Assembly (NCBI GenBank): GCA_023645945.1
Contig: JALAIB010000071.1
Location: forward strand, 1-35,707
Length of the DNA stretch: 35,707 nt
Source of the DNA: Diploschistes diacapsis
Lineage: Eukaryota
Direction: 5' to 3'
The notes beneath the pieces were generated by a model. That model saw nothing but the letters and a program-made list of their open reading frames with translations. It was not told where the DNA came from and ran no database searches. Both the position numbers and the translations under genes were made by a program. Shown piece after piece: positions 1 through 11,239 of the stretch (the stretch's first letter is position 1; the number at the start of each line of letters is the position of its first letter).

Positions 1-289
1 GGTAAGAGGGGAGCAGGGAGAAGGTGAGAAAGGGGGGAGGGAGAGAAGCGGAGAAAGAGCGGGAATGGAAGCGAAGGGTATGGTAGGGGAGTGTATGCAG
101 CTAATATAGGTAGATAGAAGGACAAAGCGCTTGGGAATACAGCATCAGCAGCCTGGAAGAGGCGGATACTGTGGCAGTAAGAAGAATGCATAGAACAAGC
201 CTTATGAAACATGCAACGCTGTACAAAATTATATATGAAGGAGAGCAGCCACCCAGTACATTGGTTAATACCTACCTCGATCTCTCCCT

Positions 290-2620
290 TCCTCTACCTA
301 GAGACCCAGCTCCCGCTTTAGAAGCTAATCCAGTTCCACTGCTCAAATAGCGCTTGGCCGACGGAGATGCGCGGGTTGAGCTGGCAGCTTAGCGTGAAGT
401 CTAGAATCAGCGAGGGGAGAAGGAGGCCGAGATCTAAGGGAGTGAGGGCGGTGGCGGAAGAGAGGAACGTGGGTTTTGCATCTTCGCCTTTGGCAGGACG
501 AGGTGCTGGGGAGAAGGTTGGAAGTCATTGACATGCTGGCGGATGACGGTCAGAGTGCTATGGGCGTACAGTCGACTAGAGATGGTGTGAGTTGCTTGGT
601 TGGCTTTACCTCACCATCTTTTTACGCCTCTAACCCGACTCTGACCTCAACAATCTACTCCGGGAGTGCATTTACTCCTTCAATAAGATCTCTGAATATT
701 TTAAAAAGCGATTCCCCCAGCGCCTTTGTGTCGTCATTGTTATCTCGCAATAGATGTTAAATCAGGATTTCTCGAATGCAGTTGTCCTTTCCTTAAGACT
801 TTAATGCACCGTTGACCTTGATAAACTATTCCAGGAACGCTCTTGTTTCTTTATTAAAAGATCTCGCGAGACTGTCATGAGCAGTTCCAGGAGCGCCCGG
901 ACCCTATGTTGTTAACTTGTAATAAACATTTAATAAGGATTTTCCAAACTGCAATTCTGTATTCCCTAAGATCTTATCTCGTTCCCGACCTTAACGAAAC
1001 ACTCCAGGACCCTTCTGTCCTATCATTGAGACTTTATGATAGCCTTCCGGAGCGCTCCACCTGTACCATCGGGGTTTTGCTATATGCTTCAGGAGCGCTT
1101 CAACCCACCCAGCGAGATCTTGTGCGATTCCTACCAACGGAGCTGGGATCGCCACGGTCTATCCTTTGAGGCCTTGTGCTACAAATTCTATTAGATTCTT
1201 CGTGTCTCCTACTACCACTGGCTCTACTGAATGTCGTGAGGATACCCTTGAGGTCTTGGGATAGATCCTAGGACTATCTTATCAACCCATAGACTGCTGG
1301 TAAGTTTGCTATCTGAACGGCTTAAAACGGCAATCAAGACTGGCTTTTAAGGCTATTCCCAAACGGGAAATTAATCACAGTAAGGAGAGGCCATCTCGAT
1401 GGATGAATGTGCATCTTCTCTGGAGCTTCAACCAGTATCTAACCGTCACATGACCCATTCTCTATCTTCTTATGCGCTTTATAAGTTCCAGACACTAAGC
1501 GGGGGTTGCTTTAAAGCCATAGAAACCCTAAGTGAACGCTGCACCAAAATCTCCCTTTTTCGGGCGGAATAGCGCAATTTTTAAGCTGTTAAATCGTTTA
1601 TTTGCTATGATACCATGCTTGTTATCTTTTCAGAGTTGCTTGGACATCTATTCACAACGATGGCTTGGAACAGGGAAGTGGGAGGTGACTGAAGAGGCTT
1701 CCACAGGCCTGTACCCACTTTTCCCGGTCTCGGATAACCACCACAAGACCCACTTGTCCTCAATTGTGATCTTGTGTAGAGCGGTTGAGAGCGGGTAGGC
1801 ACATTCAATCTGTATCTACTGTTCACTGTACTCATTCATGGCAGATAGAGCAACTAGGAGCCAATCGGAAGACGTCCAGCAGGTGGCGGCAGTGGCGAAT
1901 ATTGGTCTCCTGACATGTGGGCTGCTGCAGGCTGTACGGTAAGTATAACAACTGGTGATTCACGGTTTTGCCACCCTGTTAGCCAAACAGCTATAAAGGC
2001 TCCTATCCCCAATCTCTTTTCATCTTCTATTCTTCCTCTTCATCCCTTACCAAGCCTCTTCCATAGGTACCTTAATCATCCTTCTCCTGCCAATTATCTC
2101 TTTTCTTCATTCATTACTTTTACAATCCTCACTTGGCCTCCATTCTGCTAAGTATAAGAGCATCAAAACAACATATCGTCGAGTAAAAGTGGCCAGGTAT
2201 CTGGTTCGATTGTTTGCTTCTCTTCCTTCGTTGGTATATACGACGCTTATAACCCGTGTTGTTGTTCTTTTTCAATTCTGCCGAGACGATGACAGGCAAG
2301 AATTCCGTGGAACAGCAGTTTTGATGGCCACGAGTCACAAGAACAGTCAGCCTATATAAAGCTGTACCAGTCACTAGTCTATAGAGGAGACTAGGAAGCG
2401 GAAGCCAGCACTGCACGGTTGATGTTCTTAGCATTCCTCCTTCAATACTAGAGCAGATCACAAAGATCCCAGGAGTACCCACCAGCAACGTCCAGACGCT
2501 TGGGGCGCCGCTTTCGTTTGGAACTGACGGGTCATGCATGGCTCCCAGATTGTTCTTCCATCCGGATCTTGATTCAAATAATCGGTTCTTTCGCTTCATC
2601 TCACGCATTACCAGCACTGC
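290..2620 (-). pseudogene. Decayed large coding region of unknown family with internal helical repeats
   Basis: Manual minus-strand translation gives long protein-like runs broken by isolated stops and frameshifts. Examples: ...WLLVALSAMNEYSEQ*IQIECAYPLSTALHKITIEDKWVLWWLSE..., ...NLIEFVAQGLKG*TVAIPAPLVGIAQDLAGWVEALLKHI..., ...CIREILI*HLLRDNNDDTKALGESLFKIFRDLIEGVNALPE*IVEVRVGLEA*KDGEVKP.... Boundaries are approximate. Confidence 0.5.
660..1200. repeat. Three diverged ~100-bp direct repeat copies
   Basis: Copies are anchored by AAGATCTC at 685 and 858 and AGATCT at 1115. Copies 1 and 2 also share AGGATTT...TGCA.TT (765-783 vs 937-956). The minus-strand peptides align (IFRDLIEGVNAL / VSRDLL / IAQDLAGWVEAL). 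Confidence 0.55.
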
Positions 2621-3638
2621 TCCGCTTAGGGACCTAGAATAGTCAGTCTCTATCTATGACGCCGCCACTGCCTTGGTTGGTCAGCTTGCACGATATAACT
2701 AGGCCGAAACCTTAAAAAAGCCGATCTCAAATTAGGGAGGTCTTTCCTTCTAGTGATCATACGGGAAACAATAGAGGAGACATAAATGCATGTCAGGCCG
2801 TGGATCAGCCAATGGGAGCATGCGCCACAACAGGTAATCAGCAGAGGAAGTTTCGCCTGTCATTAAGCGACCAGGGTTGACAGATCGTATATACTTACAG
2901 AAGAGAGGAGTGTAAGTGAGACCAGAATGGAGATACAAAGAAGGAAGAAAGCGAGCCTATTATGGCATGGCCAGCCAATGCGATAGGCACATTAGATGTC
3001 CGAGCCTTTCTGCAGGACTGGTACTTGCTTCTGGGCTCCCAACCTTCAGAACCAGTGTTCCTCAGAGTCGGAGAAGAGAGCTGCTTTTAAGACGAAGACA
3101 TATAAAGCATAAGAAGATGATAAGCCCCTTTACACCATACCACAAGAATGGGCTACCGGTATCTTTAGTTTTCAAACCTATGCCCAGGACTCGTTACTTT
3201 CTCACAGACGCATCCACAGGAGCAATCTCACTTAGCGAGTCGTGTTATCTTGGCAACCCAAGGGATATATATGCGAGGCATCTTAATCTTCGAACTTCTG
3301 ACCAGGACTCCGACTTACCTCAAGGATGTAATATCAGGGATCATCTCCCTCGGCGTGTGAAATGGGCTTGCATGTCAACCGAATGCACCTCAGGCACTCC
3401 CAGCCTCTCATATTATGCCAAGGACCTGTGCCTAACCGCATACCTTACAGTTAATACTTCTAAAGGCGGTTATCCTAAACTTATCAAAGGTTCTTTGCCT
3501 CTCATCACGTGTATACCCAGGCATCTCAACTTTCGAGGTATGACCGAAACTATGGTCGCCAGAGGTCGAAGGCTCATTACACGAGAGATTTTTAATGATG
3601 TTCGAGAGTCAACGGCCGAGGGTTTATCTTCCCTGTCG

Positions 3639-3656
3639 ATATATATATATATATAT
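3639..3656. repeat. (AT)9 microsatellite
   Basis: Directly visible; a second (TA)7 lies at 6961-6974. Confidence 0.9.
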
Positions 3657-3850
3657 TAACAGCGTGCTGAACGGAAGAAAAGCATGGAAAGAACGAGGAT
3701 GGAAGCCGTCAGCCAGCTCGGACTTGCTTCAAGGACCTTTAGCGCAGGGATCCATCGTTTACTCGAAGATCACGAAAACAGGATCTAGCTCTCTTCCATG
3801 CCTTCTCTCAATAGATACGACTAGGGTACATTCCTACTCTGCGAAAACTG

Positions 3851-4065
3851 TGAGGACAGTACTTTTCTTCTACTGGCATTCCAAGCTTGAACCAGCATAC
3901 GTGGACATAGAAGACATGGTTACCTCCGCACCTGCAAGGTCTGGAGCTCTAGGCCTGCCTCCCTCTTTCTTTGGCCTATTTAAAAATCAAAGCAGAGCGA
4001 AGTCTGGCTCGGAAGAGAACTTGAGGACAGTGCTTCTTGTCTGTTGGCATTCCAGCCTTGAACCA
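3851..4065 (+). repeat. 44-bp direct repeat pair, 171 bp apart
   Basis: 3851-3894 vs 4022-4065 match at 36/44 positions without gaps (TGAGGACAGT...TGGCATTCCA..CTTGAACCA). Confidence 0.85.
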
Positions 4066-5599
4066 AGGTAAGATTTGGGATCTTGGAAATGAGAGTTGTT
4101 TTCTAGAGGGGAACGATAGGGGCGTTGTGTCGGAATTTGGTGGGCAGATGCGATGACTTTGTCGCCCAGACAGTCCAACTTCCACTTTAAGCTGTTGAAT
4201 TTAGGATTCTGAAGTCAAGCTATTGCTTCGGGTATCGTATAATGTTGCAGGCTTTTTGGGCAGGAAGCCGTTCGGAAAAGGAAGCTACCACCAGATCTGC
4301 CCCCGCTGTTTTGAGTCATACGCCTGCAAATTAATATATCAGCTCTGGGTAGCGAATTTCTATTAACTTGGAGAACAGAAGGCACAGGCTGTTTGGGGAG
4401 CCTTTTGAGGCCAAGACATTGCCGACACGGAGCTCATATTCCCCACCAGGAAGAGATGCTACAAAATGCTTAGATTCTGGGCTACTTGAAGTGCACCCTG
4501 AGGACGCTTGCTGGAGACCATCTTCCTGGCCTGATAAAGTTGGGGTACTCTACATTTGATAGAGATAGATGCAGACTTTCTGGGATAGCCCAACAGCACT
4601 ACCCTGGTATGTCACGGGGCAGGAAGTTGTCTCTCAATCTGAAAAAAAAGACGGTTGTCGTTAAGGTTCCCAGGCTTTGGAAAGAACCTCTCTGGTTTTA
4701 TTTACTATGTTACCAGCAACTCCTAGAAATACTTGAAGGGAGTAGTATCACGATCATGTGGTCAACGAGATCTAGGAAGAAAGCTACTATAGGAGATTCA
4801 GGCTCTCCAGCGTATGGCTCTCGACTTCCCGCGATCTCTGCCCAGAGCTAAGAAGAATCATGTCCTAAACGTTGCAAGGCTGTAAAATGAGCTATTGTCA
4901 TTTCTATATAAGAGGGAATCACCAGCAAGCATCCCATCAGAAAAGCAGTTCCATAGTCATGGGTGCTGTGTATTAAGGTCCTGGTAAAGAAAGCCGTTAC
5001 AAAGGCTGCCAGGCTCTCCGATATATCATACAGGCATGTGCAAAACTTCTGCACAGGAATAGTTCTCTGCTCTCAACGGTCTAGGGTATAGAAGAAACTA
5101 TCCCTATTTGGACAAGAGGAGTGATATTTTGCGTCCGGCAAATCGTCCTTAGGTCCTAATCTTTTCATATTATGTTCTGACGAGCGAGACTACGACAGGC
5201 TGTTCCGTGTACCTCCGACCATCTACCCACTCCGATAAACGAAAAGCTATGACTCCCGCAGGCTACTCGAAGTATCCCGCAAGAGAACATCTACCAATAC
5301 CAGGCGAATGAAAGCTTTGACTGCCCTAAGCTAACTGGAGCATTCCTCAACTATATACCTACTTGTTTTGCATTTTAAGTTTGACTGCCACAGAATATCT
5401 GGAGCATCTCCAAACTATCTGTGTTGTGATATTGCACGATAGCTATGACTCCTGCAAGCGATTTCCAGCATCCCTGGACTACCTACCTATTTCTGGGGGA
5501 ATAGAAATTTGGATTGCCAAGCTGCTCAAAGCATCTCCCAAACGACCTATATCTGCACAATATGTTCCCAGGCCGCAGATCGTTGGAGATATCTCTCAA

Positions 5600-6350
5600 A
5601 CGTTTTAGGAAGTAGACTAATACTAATCCTCTGACAATCCTTCACTCGGAGTACGAATAGATGAGCATAGAATACCAGGAGAAAGATTACCCCAAAGCCG
5701 GCAAAACCCCTATAACAACGCATCCATATCAAGCGGTCTGACTCATAAACAGATATGGCAGGGAAAAAACCACGTCGTCCCACTAAGTGAAGTCTAGGAT
5801 TGTTGAGAAAGGTAGAAAATACTGGATAGTTATGTGGCCTTCTTCGCCGCGCTCGCTAGAGCGCGGGCAGGTAAGCTTTTAGACATGTTCAGCTTCTTTA
5901 GGAAGTATACTGGTTCCATAACTGTATTAAAATAGAACGAGCATGGGAGAATTTTGGGGGAAAATTACTCCAAAAGCGGGAAACCGCCCATAACAACGGA
6001 TGCATATCAAGCGATCTGACATATTAACGAATTAGGGCAGGAAAGCATCCACAGCATCCACGAGATCAAATATATGATTCTATGGGGCACAGACAGATAC
6101 TGGATACTTGCGTAGGTAGCTAGCTATTATGGCTTGGCCGCGCTCTCCAGACAGCAGGGACGATACTCTTAGGAGTTTCAAACTTCTTTCCGGAAGTATA
6201 TGATTCGAAGGCTACGAGAGATAGACGAGCATAGGACTCTGGGAAAACCCATTGGTACAAAGCGAAAGAAAACCCTATAATATAGGATTCATATCAAGCA
6301 ATCCAACGTGCCAGGGGATCTGGCCAGCAAACAACCACTGTATCCCACGG
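5600..6350 (+). repeat. Diverged tandem repeat, ~280-290 bp unit, about 2.5-3 copies
   Basis: Colinear motifs recur: GGAAGTA (5608, 5901, 6192), CATATCAAGC (5725, 6003, 6290), ATAACAACG (5712, 5990), TACTGGATA (5820, 6098) and GCCGCGCTC (5846, 6137). Confidence 0.85.
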
Positions 6351-7723
6351 CGCCCACGATTTTCCAGTCTCGGATTCTACAAAGGAAAGAAAGAAAAAAG
6401 AAAAAAAAAAGAAAACCCACAGAGACCGTATACTTGCCCCGGCATTTATCTAACTAGTTTCGACTACGCATCCAGACATCCGATCAGGTCCACGTACTCC
6501 CATGGTCCTTCATATATTTCTAGGACTGTGCCAATACCGATACCCATCCTCGAACTACATGCGAGTACGAGTAGACGACGGACAGCCTAGAAGGGATACA
6601 GGAGGTGTGCCGATTCCAATCCAGATCCCTTAACCACATATAAATATGGACATGGGAGCAACAAAAGGTTGGACTTAGTATCCAAAAACCACCATCCCGC
6701 TCCAGGTATCCAGCACCACCAGAACCTCCCCCCCAAAACAACAACCACGCGACGAGACGAGAGGAGGGATTTGGAACAACCCTCTTCCACAGGCCTCTCT
6801 TGCCCGGCTCCACCGAGCTCTTCACATACGGCACGCGAATCAAAACAAAAGAAACTGGAAAAAAGAATAGTCGGACAGCGGGGTGATGGTCGGGGGGGCG
6901 CAACAGTATTATCATGCTCCGGGCTACCTGGCAGTCTGTCTGGAGCAGTAGTACCATTATTATATATATATATAGCAGCGGCAGCGGCAGTAAAAAGAGG
7001 AAGCAAAAGAGGAAAGAGGCAAACGCAGCCCACAAGCGCCTTGGGGGAAGCAACGACCCGCCCGCTCACTTCCCCAAAGGTGAGCGACCGGCTCGGCTCG
7101 ATCGCTTGCGAAGCGGGGAGAGTATGGCCTAGGAAGGAAGGAAAAGAAAGCAGGACAGTTGCTGGAATACACCGGCCCCCCCCCGCCTCTGCGCAGGATA
7201 CTAAGACAGCAAGACCACCCGCCGCCTAGGGTATTGTTTGTTGCTTGTTTTTGTTTTGTTTTGCTGTGAGGTTGGCGGGAGAGATATAGATAGATAGTTT
7301 AGATAATTGCTGTTCGATTCAAAAGGGAGGATCAACGCAGGCTGGGTTGCTGGAATTGGAGAGACGGAATCGAGTAAACTTGAAGAGGGCAAGTAGGAAG
7401 AGCCCAACCTGAGCGCTTTGAAGGGGGGAAAAAAGTAAGTGGCTCTTAAAGTATGGAGGTAGGGGGAGAATGATTAGGAGATGCTCTGTTCGGGGATAAC
7501 GGGCGGCGAGCAGGATGTGTTGCTGTCTGAGACACAGCGGAAGTAAATAGAACAATAGCAAGATTGAATGTCATTAGCTTCATTAACCGAGTGTATCCTG
7601 TGGACCAGTGCATATTTGCAGCCACATCTATCCCCATAAGCCGTCCTCCTGAAAGAAAAGGCCTATGCTTATGTACAACTAACTTTGCTTCTCCTCGAGA
7701 AAACCTCCCCCCCTCCCCCCCAC

Positions 7724-9804
7724 TCACGGCAGCGCCATGAAAACATCCAACAGCTTCGGATAGTTCGGCGTGCCCAAGCCCGTTGCCGGATCCCAGCCCT
7801 CGACGGCACTGAATCCCTTCGTGCCGCACCCCGGGTTCGTCCCGTTCACGACATCGTTCAGCGCCGACGGGTTCTTGTACAGCACCGGGTTGACGAAGCC
7901 CACGGGCTTCTTGCCCGCCGCGATGCGCTCCTCGTTGATGCGGTTGATGATGGACGCGAAGATGGGCGTGCTGGCCGAGGTGCCGCCGGAGAGACCGAAC
8001 ACGCCGTTCGTGTACGTGGCGATGTTGTCGCCGTTGGCCGAGACGTCTGGGTAGGCGCGCCCGTCGCGGTTGTAGATGCCGCCGTCCTGGCCGAAGGAGG
8101 CGTTGCCGGGGCCCGGGTACGACTTGTAGGGGGGAGTGTGGTTGGAGAGGAAGGCGCTGACGGCGGCTTGCTGGTACGAGGGCACGGGGTAGATGTTGGA
8201 GAAACCACCGCCCGAGGCGAAGGCGCGCTGGTAGGGATGTCCTGCTGGATCGTAGGCGGCTGACTCGGGTTGCGTCTCGTTCACCGAGTGGCCTGGGTAG
8301 ACTTTGGTTGCTCCGACGTTCGTAATATAAGGACATGTATTGGGGAAGGCGGGCGAAAACTTTTTGTGGTTTTTGCCTAGGCATCCGCTTGGGGTCTCGT
8401 CGCCCGGTGGGCCGGCGACGCCGTCATCTCCCGAAGCAAAGAACACGCTGACACCCTGCAGGCCCAGCTTCATCCATTCGTTGCATTGACGCTTCTGGTA
8501 GTTGACGGGGAGATCACCCTCTTGCTCGCCGTAGGAAACAGAAATGACGTTCGTGGGCTTGTAGACGCCGCACTGGGTCGCGTTCTTGAAGCCATTCTTG
8601 TGCTTGTCGGGATAGGTGGGGTCGATACTCGGGTCGTCCCCCGTCTCGTTGAAGGCCGAGTAGGTGCAGTAGCTCTCATCCAAGGCATCGAGGAAGGTGT
8701 TGAAGAGCGCGTCGTAAACCTGCTGGTTGGCATAGTATGAGTCATCTGTTTGGAAGAGATAGGTCTTCTGTGGGTACAGAATTGGGATGGCAAGCTCAAA
8801 GTCGAGAACGCTTTCGCCTCCAGCATTCTTTACGCTGACGGGGGCCTTGGCGCCATCGATGCCATGAAGTACTGGGTGGTTGCCCTTGGGAATGTAAGGC
8901 GTGAAGTTGGCATAGAATTTGTTAAGATCTGCCTGGTCGTAAAAGTCTCCTTCTTCGTAGATACCTTGGACAAGTGTCAGTAAATGTTGAGCAACAAGGG
9001 TCCAAGATAACGTACCCATGGCGTTGCTGGCATCTGCTTTCGTACCGTTGGGGAACTTGTACAGTGCTTGGACGCACTGAGGACTGATGCTAACGTCACA
9101 TGTGGTCAAATCGTGAACGAACTTCCCGGGAGCCAAATCCGGTGCTTCAACAGTCTTGACGCGGCGATGGGGGTGCTCTGTGCGCTTCTCGAGAGGCGTC
9201 CCGCGCTTGCGCGGGGCAAGAAGAGTGACGCCGGGCTCGACGTAGTCGATGTGCCCTTGGATATACTTTGGAAGATGGTACTCGTCGCAGGCGGTGGCAG
9301 TATGGCCCGTAGTGGTGTGCTCGAAGTCGTAAAACTCGGTATGCAGCATCTTCTCGGCCTGGTGAGTGGTGGCGCTGAACTCGAGCCAGCCCTTGTCCCT
9401 AGAGAGCTGGATGTTATTTTCCAGGATCCCGGCAGACTTTATCCAGTCTTTGACCTCGTCGACAGTCTCCGGGTGAGCTTGGAACATCTCGACAACGTCC
9501 TTGGCCGTCCAGTGCTTTGAGTAATTTACCGAATCGGGATCAGCGCTGGGGCAGAGTTAGTTCACCATCCATGTTAGGCTCATAGATCAACATACACATC
9601 CATGAGAAAGTCATGACCTTGCTCGATATTTCTCTGGGCCAATCCTACTCGCATAGGGATGATGGCATCTGAAGGCAGCTTGTCTCTCTTGACCCATTTG
9701 GGAGATGAGGCCTCGCGCTTCTCATGGAGAGTATGTCCTGTGGGTGAGGGAAGAGCGGCAGCAGCACCTGCTAGAGCCAGAACGGCAGCAATAGTGAACT
9801 GCAT
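7724..9804 (-). CDS. Secreted S53 (sedolisin) serine peptidase, aorsin/tripeptidyl-peptidase-like
   Basis: Signal peptide MQFTIAAVLALAGAAAALP followed by a pro-domain (HTLHEKRE...MRVGLAQRN). Catalytic motifs GESVLD, ASGDDG and GGTSAS, and Ca-binding WDPATGLGTP. Introns 9595-9546 and 9015-8965 (GT-AG). Confidence 0.95.
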
Positions 9805-11239
9805 TCCGAGCGGTGTTATGCGATTTTGGTAATAGCTGAAGAGTGAAGTCTGGGGGTGAAGATAATCTTATAAGGGGATCGAGCTCCGAGAATAGAAAGC
9901 ATCTTTCTCCGGGACAGGTCTCACTTGGCCGGGTGGCAGGCCTGATCGGTTCGACAGGCCATTCCAGTGAATCAGGCCGACTGCCCATAGGTGACTCCAT
10001 TATGTTGTGAGGTGTCTGACTGACTGACACGGTCAAGTGAATCATCACCTTCCGGTCTGGGGAAGACGGGTGATACCTAGTTTGGGCCAATGATAACAGA
10101 CTGCGAAAACAGTAGGGGGTTACATGCCCAGGTACGATAACACAGAACACAACTACCAACACAGCCAAGAGTATTCCATAACCTTCAATTGGAGGAGGCT
10201 CTTTGTCTAAGCTTCGGAAGCACGCGAATCAACTGTCCCATCTCCATCTCCATCTCCAGAACTTGTGGCTCATTAAACGGCGGACCACGGCAGGCCAGAC
10301 CAGACAGATCACCACCCGTTACGGGTCGCACATTTTGCTGACTTCTTTATGCAATAAAACATAAACATCTGAGTATGTTCCCTCGTGGTGAAAAACATTT
10401 GTATGGCAGTGTCTTCCCTCAGCATATTCTGAAATATCCTGGATCACGTGCAAGCGACCTACTTATCGCGTCGGTGTTGAAATGTTAGCTCGCCTCACTT
10501 CCCTCTTATAGGGACGGAGGCAAAAAGACACAGAAATGGAGCCAAGCTAACAGTTGAGCACCCAAAATTAGTAAGACGCCAACATGCTACACCACCACAG
10601 CATACCCGATGGCAGTCTGCATAACCCCCATTCTCAGACGCATGCATACGTACGGTATGGCATTCCAGAAAGAATCATCGTGCAGGTGCAGATCCTTGGG
10701 TGGAAAGGGAGGCACCTTCGGAAATTGTGCGATAATTCGCCATGCGCCGAGAACCGAAACTTTAGATATCAAAATTACCTTTCCCAAGATTACTCATACT
10801 TGAAAAAGCTTGAATTAAAGTCCTGTATTTCCGCTGTAGAGAGAGGTATTGCCACTTCCATTGACATTTCCCATTGCCGTTGCCTGTCCAGCTACTTGAA
10901 GCGCTTCATCTGCCATATCCACTTGGGTCCAAGCCGCCAACATGTGCATGTCCCGCTCCAGAAGCAATCGAATCGTCGAAGCACATGCACTCCACGCAGA
11001 ACATAAACTATAATGCAGCAACGCTAGACAACCCACAAAACCCACGCGAGCGTATGCCTCGACTCGATACCCAAGACGCGAAGAGCAACAAAACGCCAGC
11101 CCATGCACAATCCTACCGTGACCGTTTCGCTTATGCATTCAAAGACCAACAGACAATGGAAAAGAGAGATTATTGAATCAGATGTGAAAGGTCGAGTCGA
11201 GCCGGGTGGTGGGCTGCCCGATAGCGATCCAGCAGATTC

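Larger units (their letters stand above)
2916..7230 (+). pseudogene. Decayed repeat-rich coding region(s) of unknown family
   Basis: A chain of + strand ORF fragments (247, 158, 121, 112, 186 aa) plus stop-interrupted frames. It contains internal repeats whose similarity is visible at peptide level, but no recognisable domain. It may be more than one gene. Confidence 0.4.

Noticed and set aside
5600..6350. CRISPR-like or RNA-gene array interpretation of the periodic motifs
   Set aside because: The context is eukaryotic, the units are about 285 bp, and similarity is spread across the whole unit rather than a fixed repeat with unique spacers.
290..7400. Starship captain, LTR/LINE or DNA transposase in the decayed block
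   Set aside because: I found no tyrosine-recombinase, RT (YxDD), integrase/DDE motif, LTR or TIR pair by eye. A search is needed to exclude these fully.
7446..8826. Long overlapping ORFs (312, 192, 116, 118 aa)
   Set aside because: These are shadow frames caused by high GC3 in the S53 gene; the R/P-rich translations have no domain.
10584..11176. Cluster of 64-140 aa ORFs between the S53 gene and alpha-actinin
   Set aside because: No motifs or splice logic; consistent with 3' UTR or promoter DNA.
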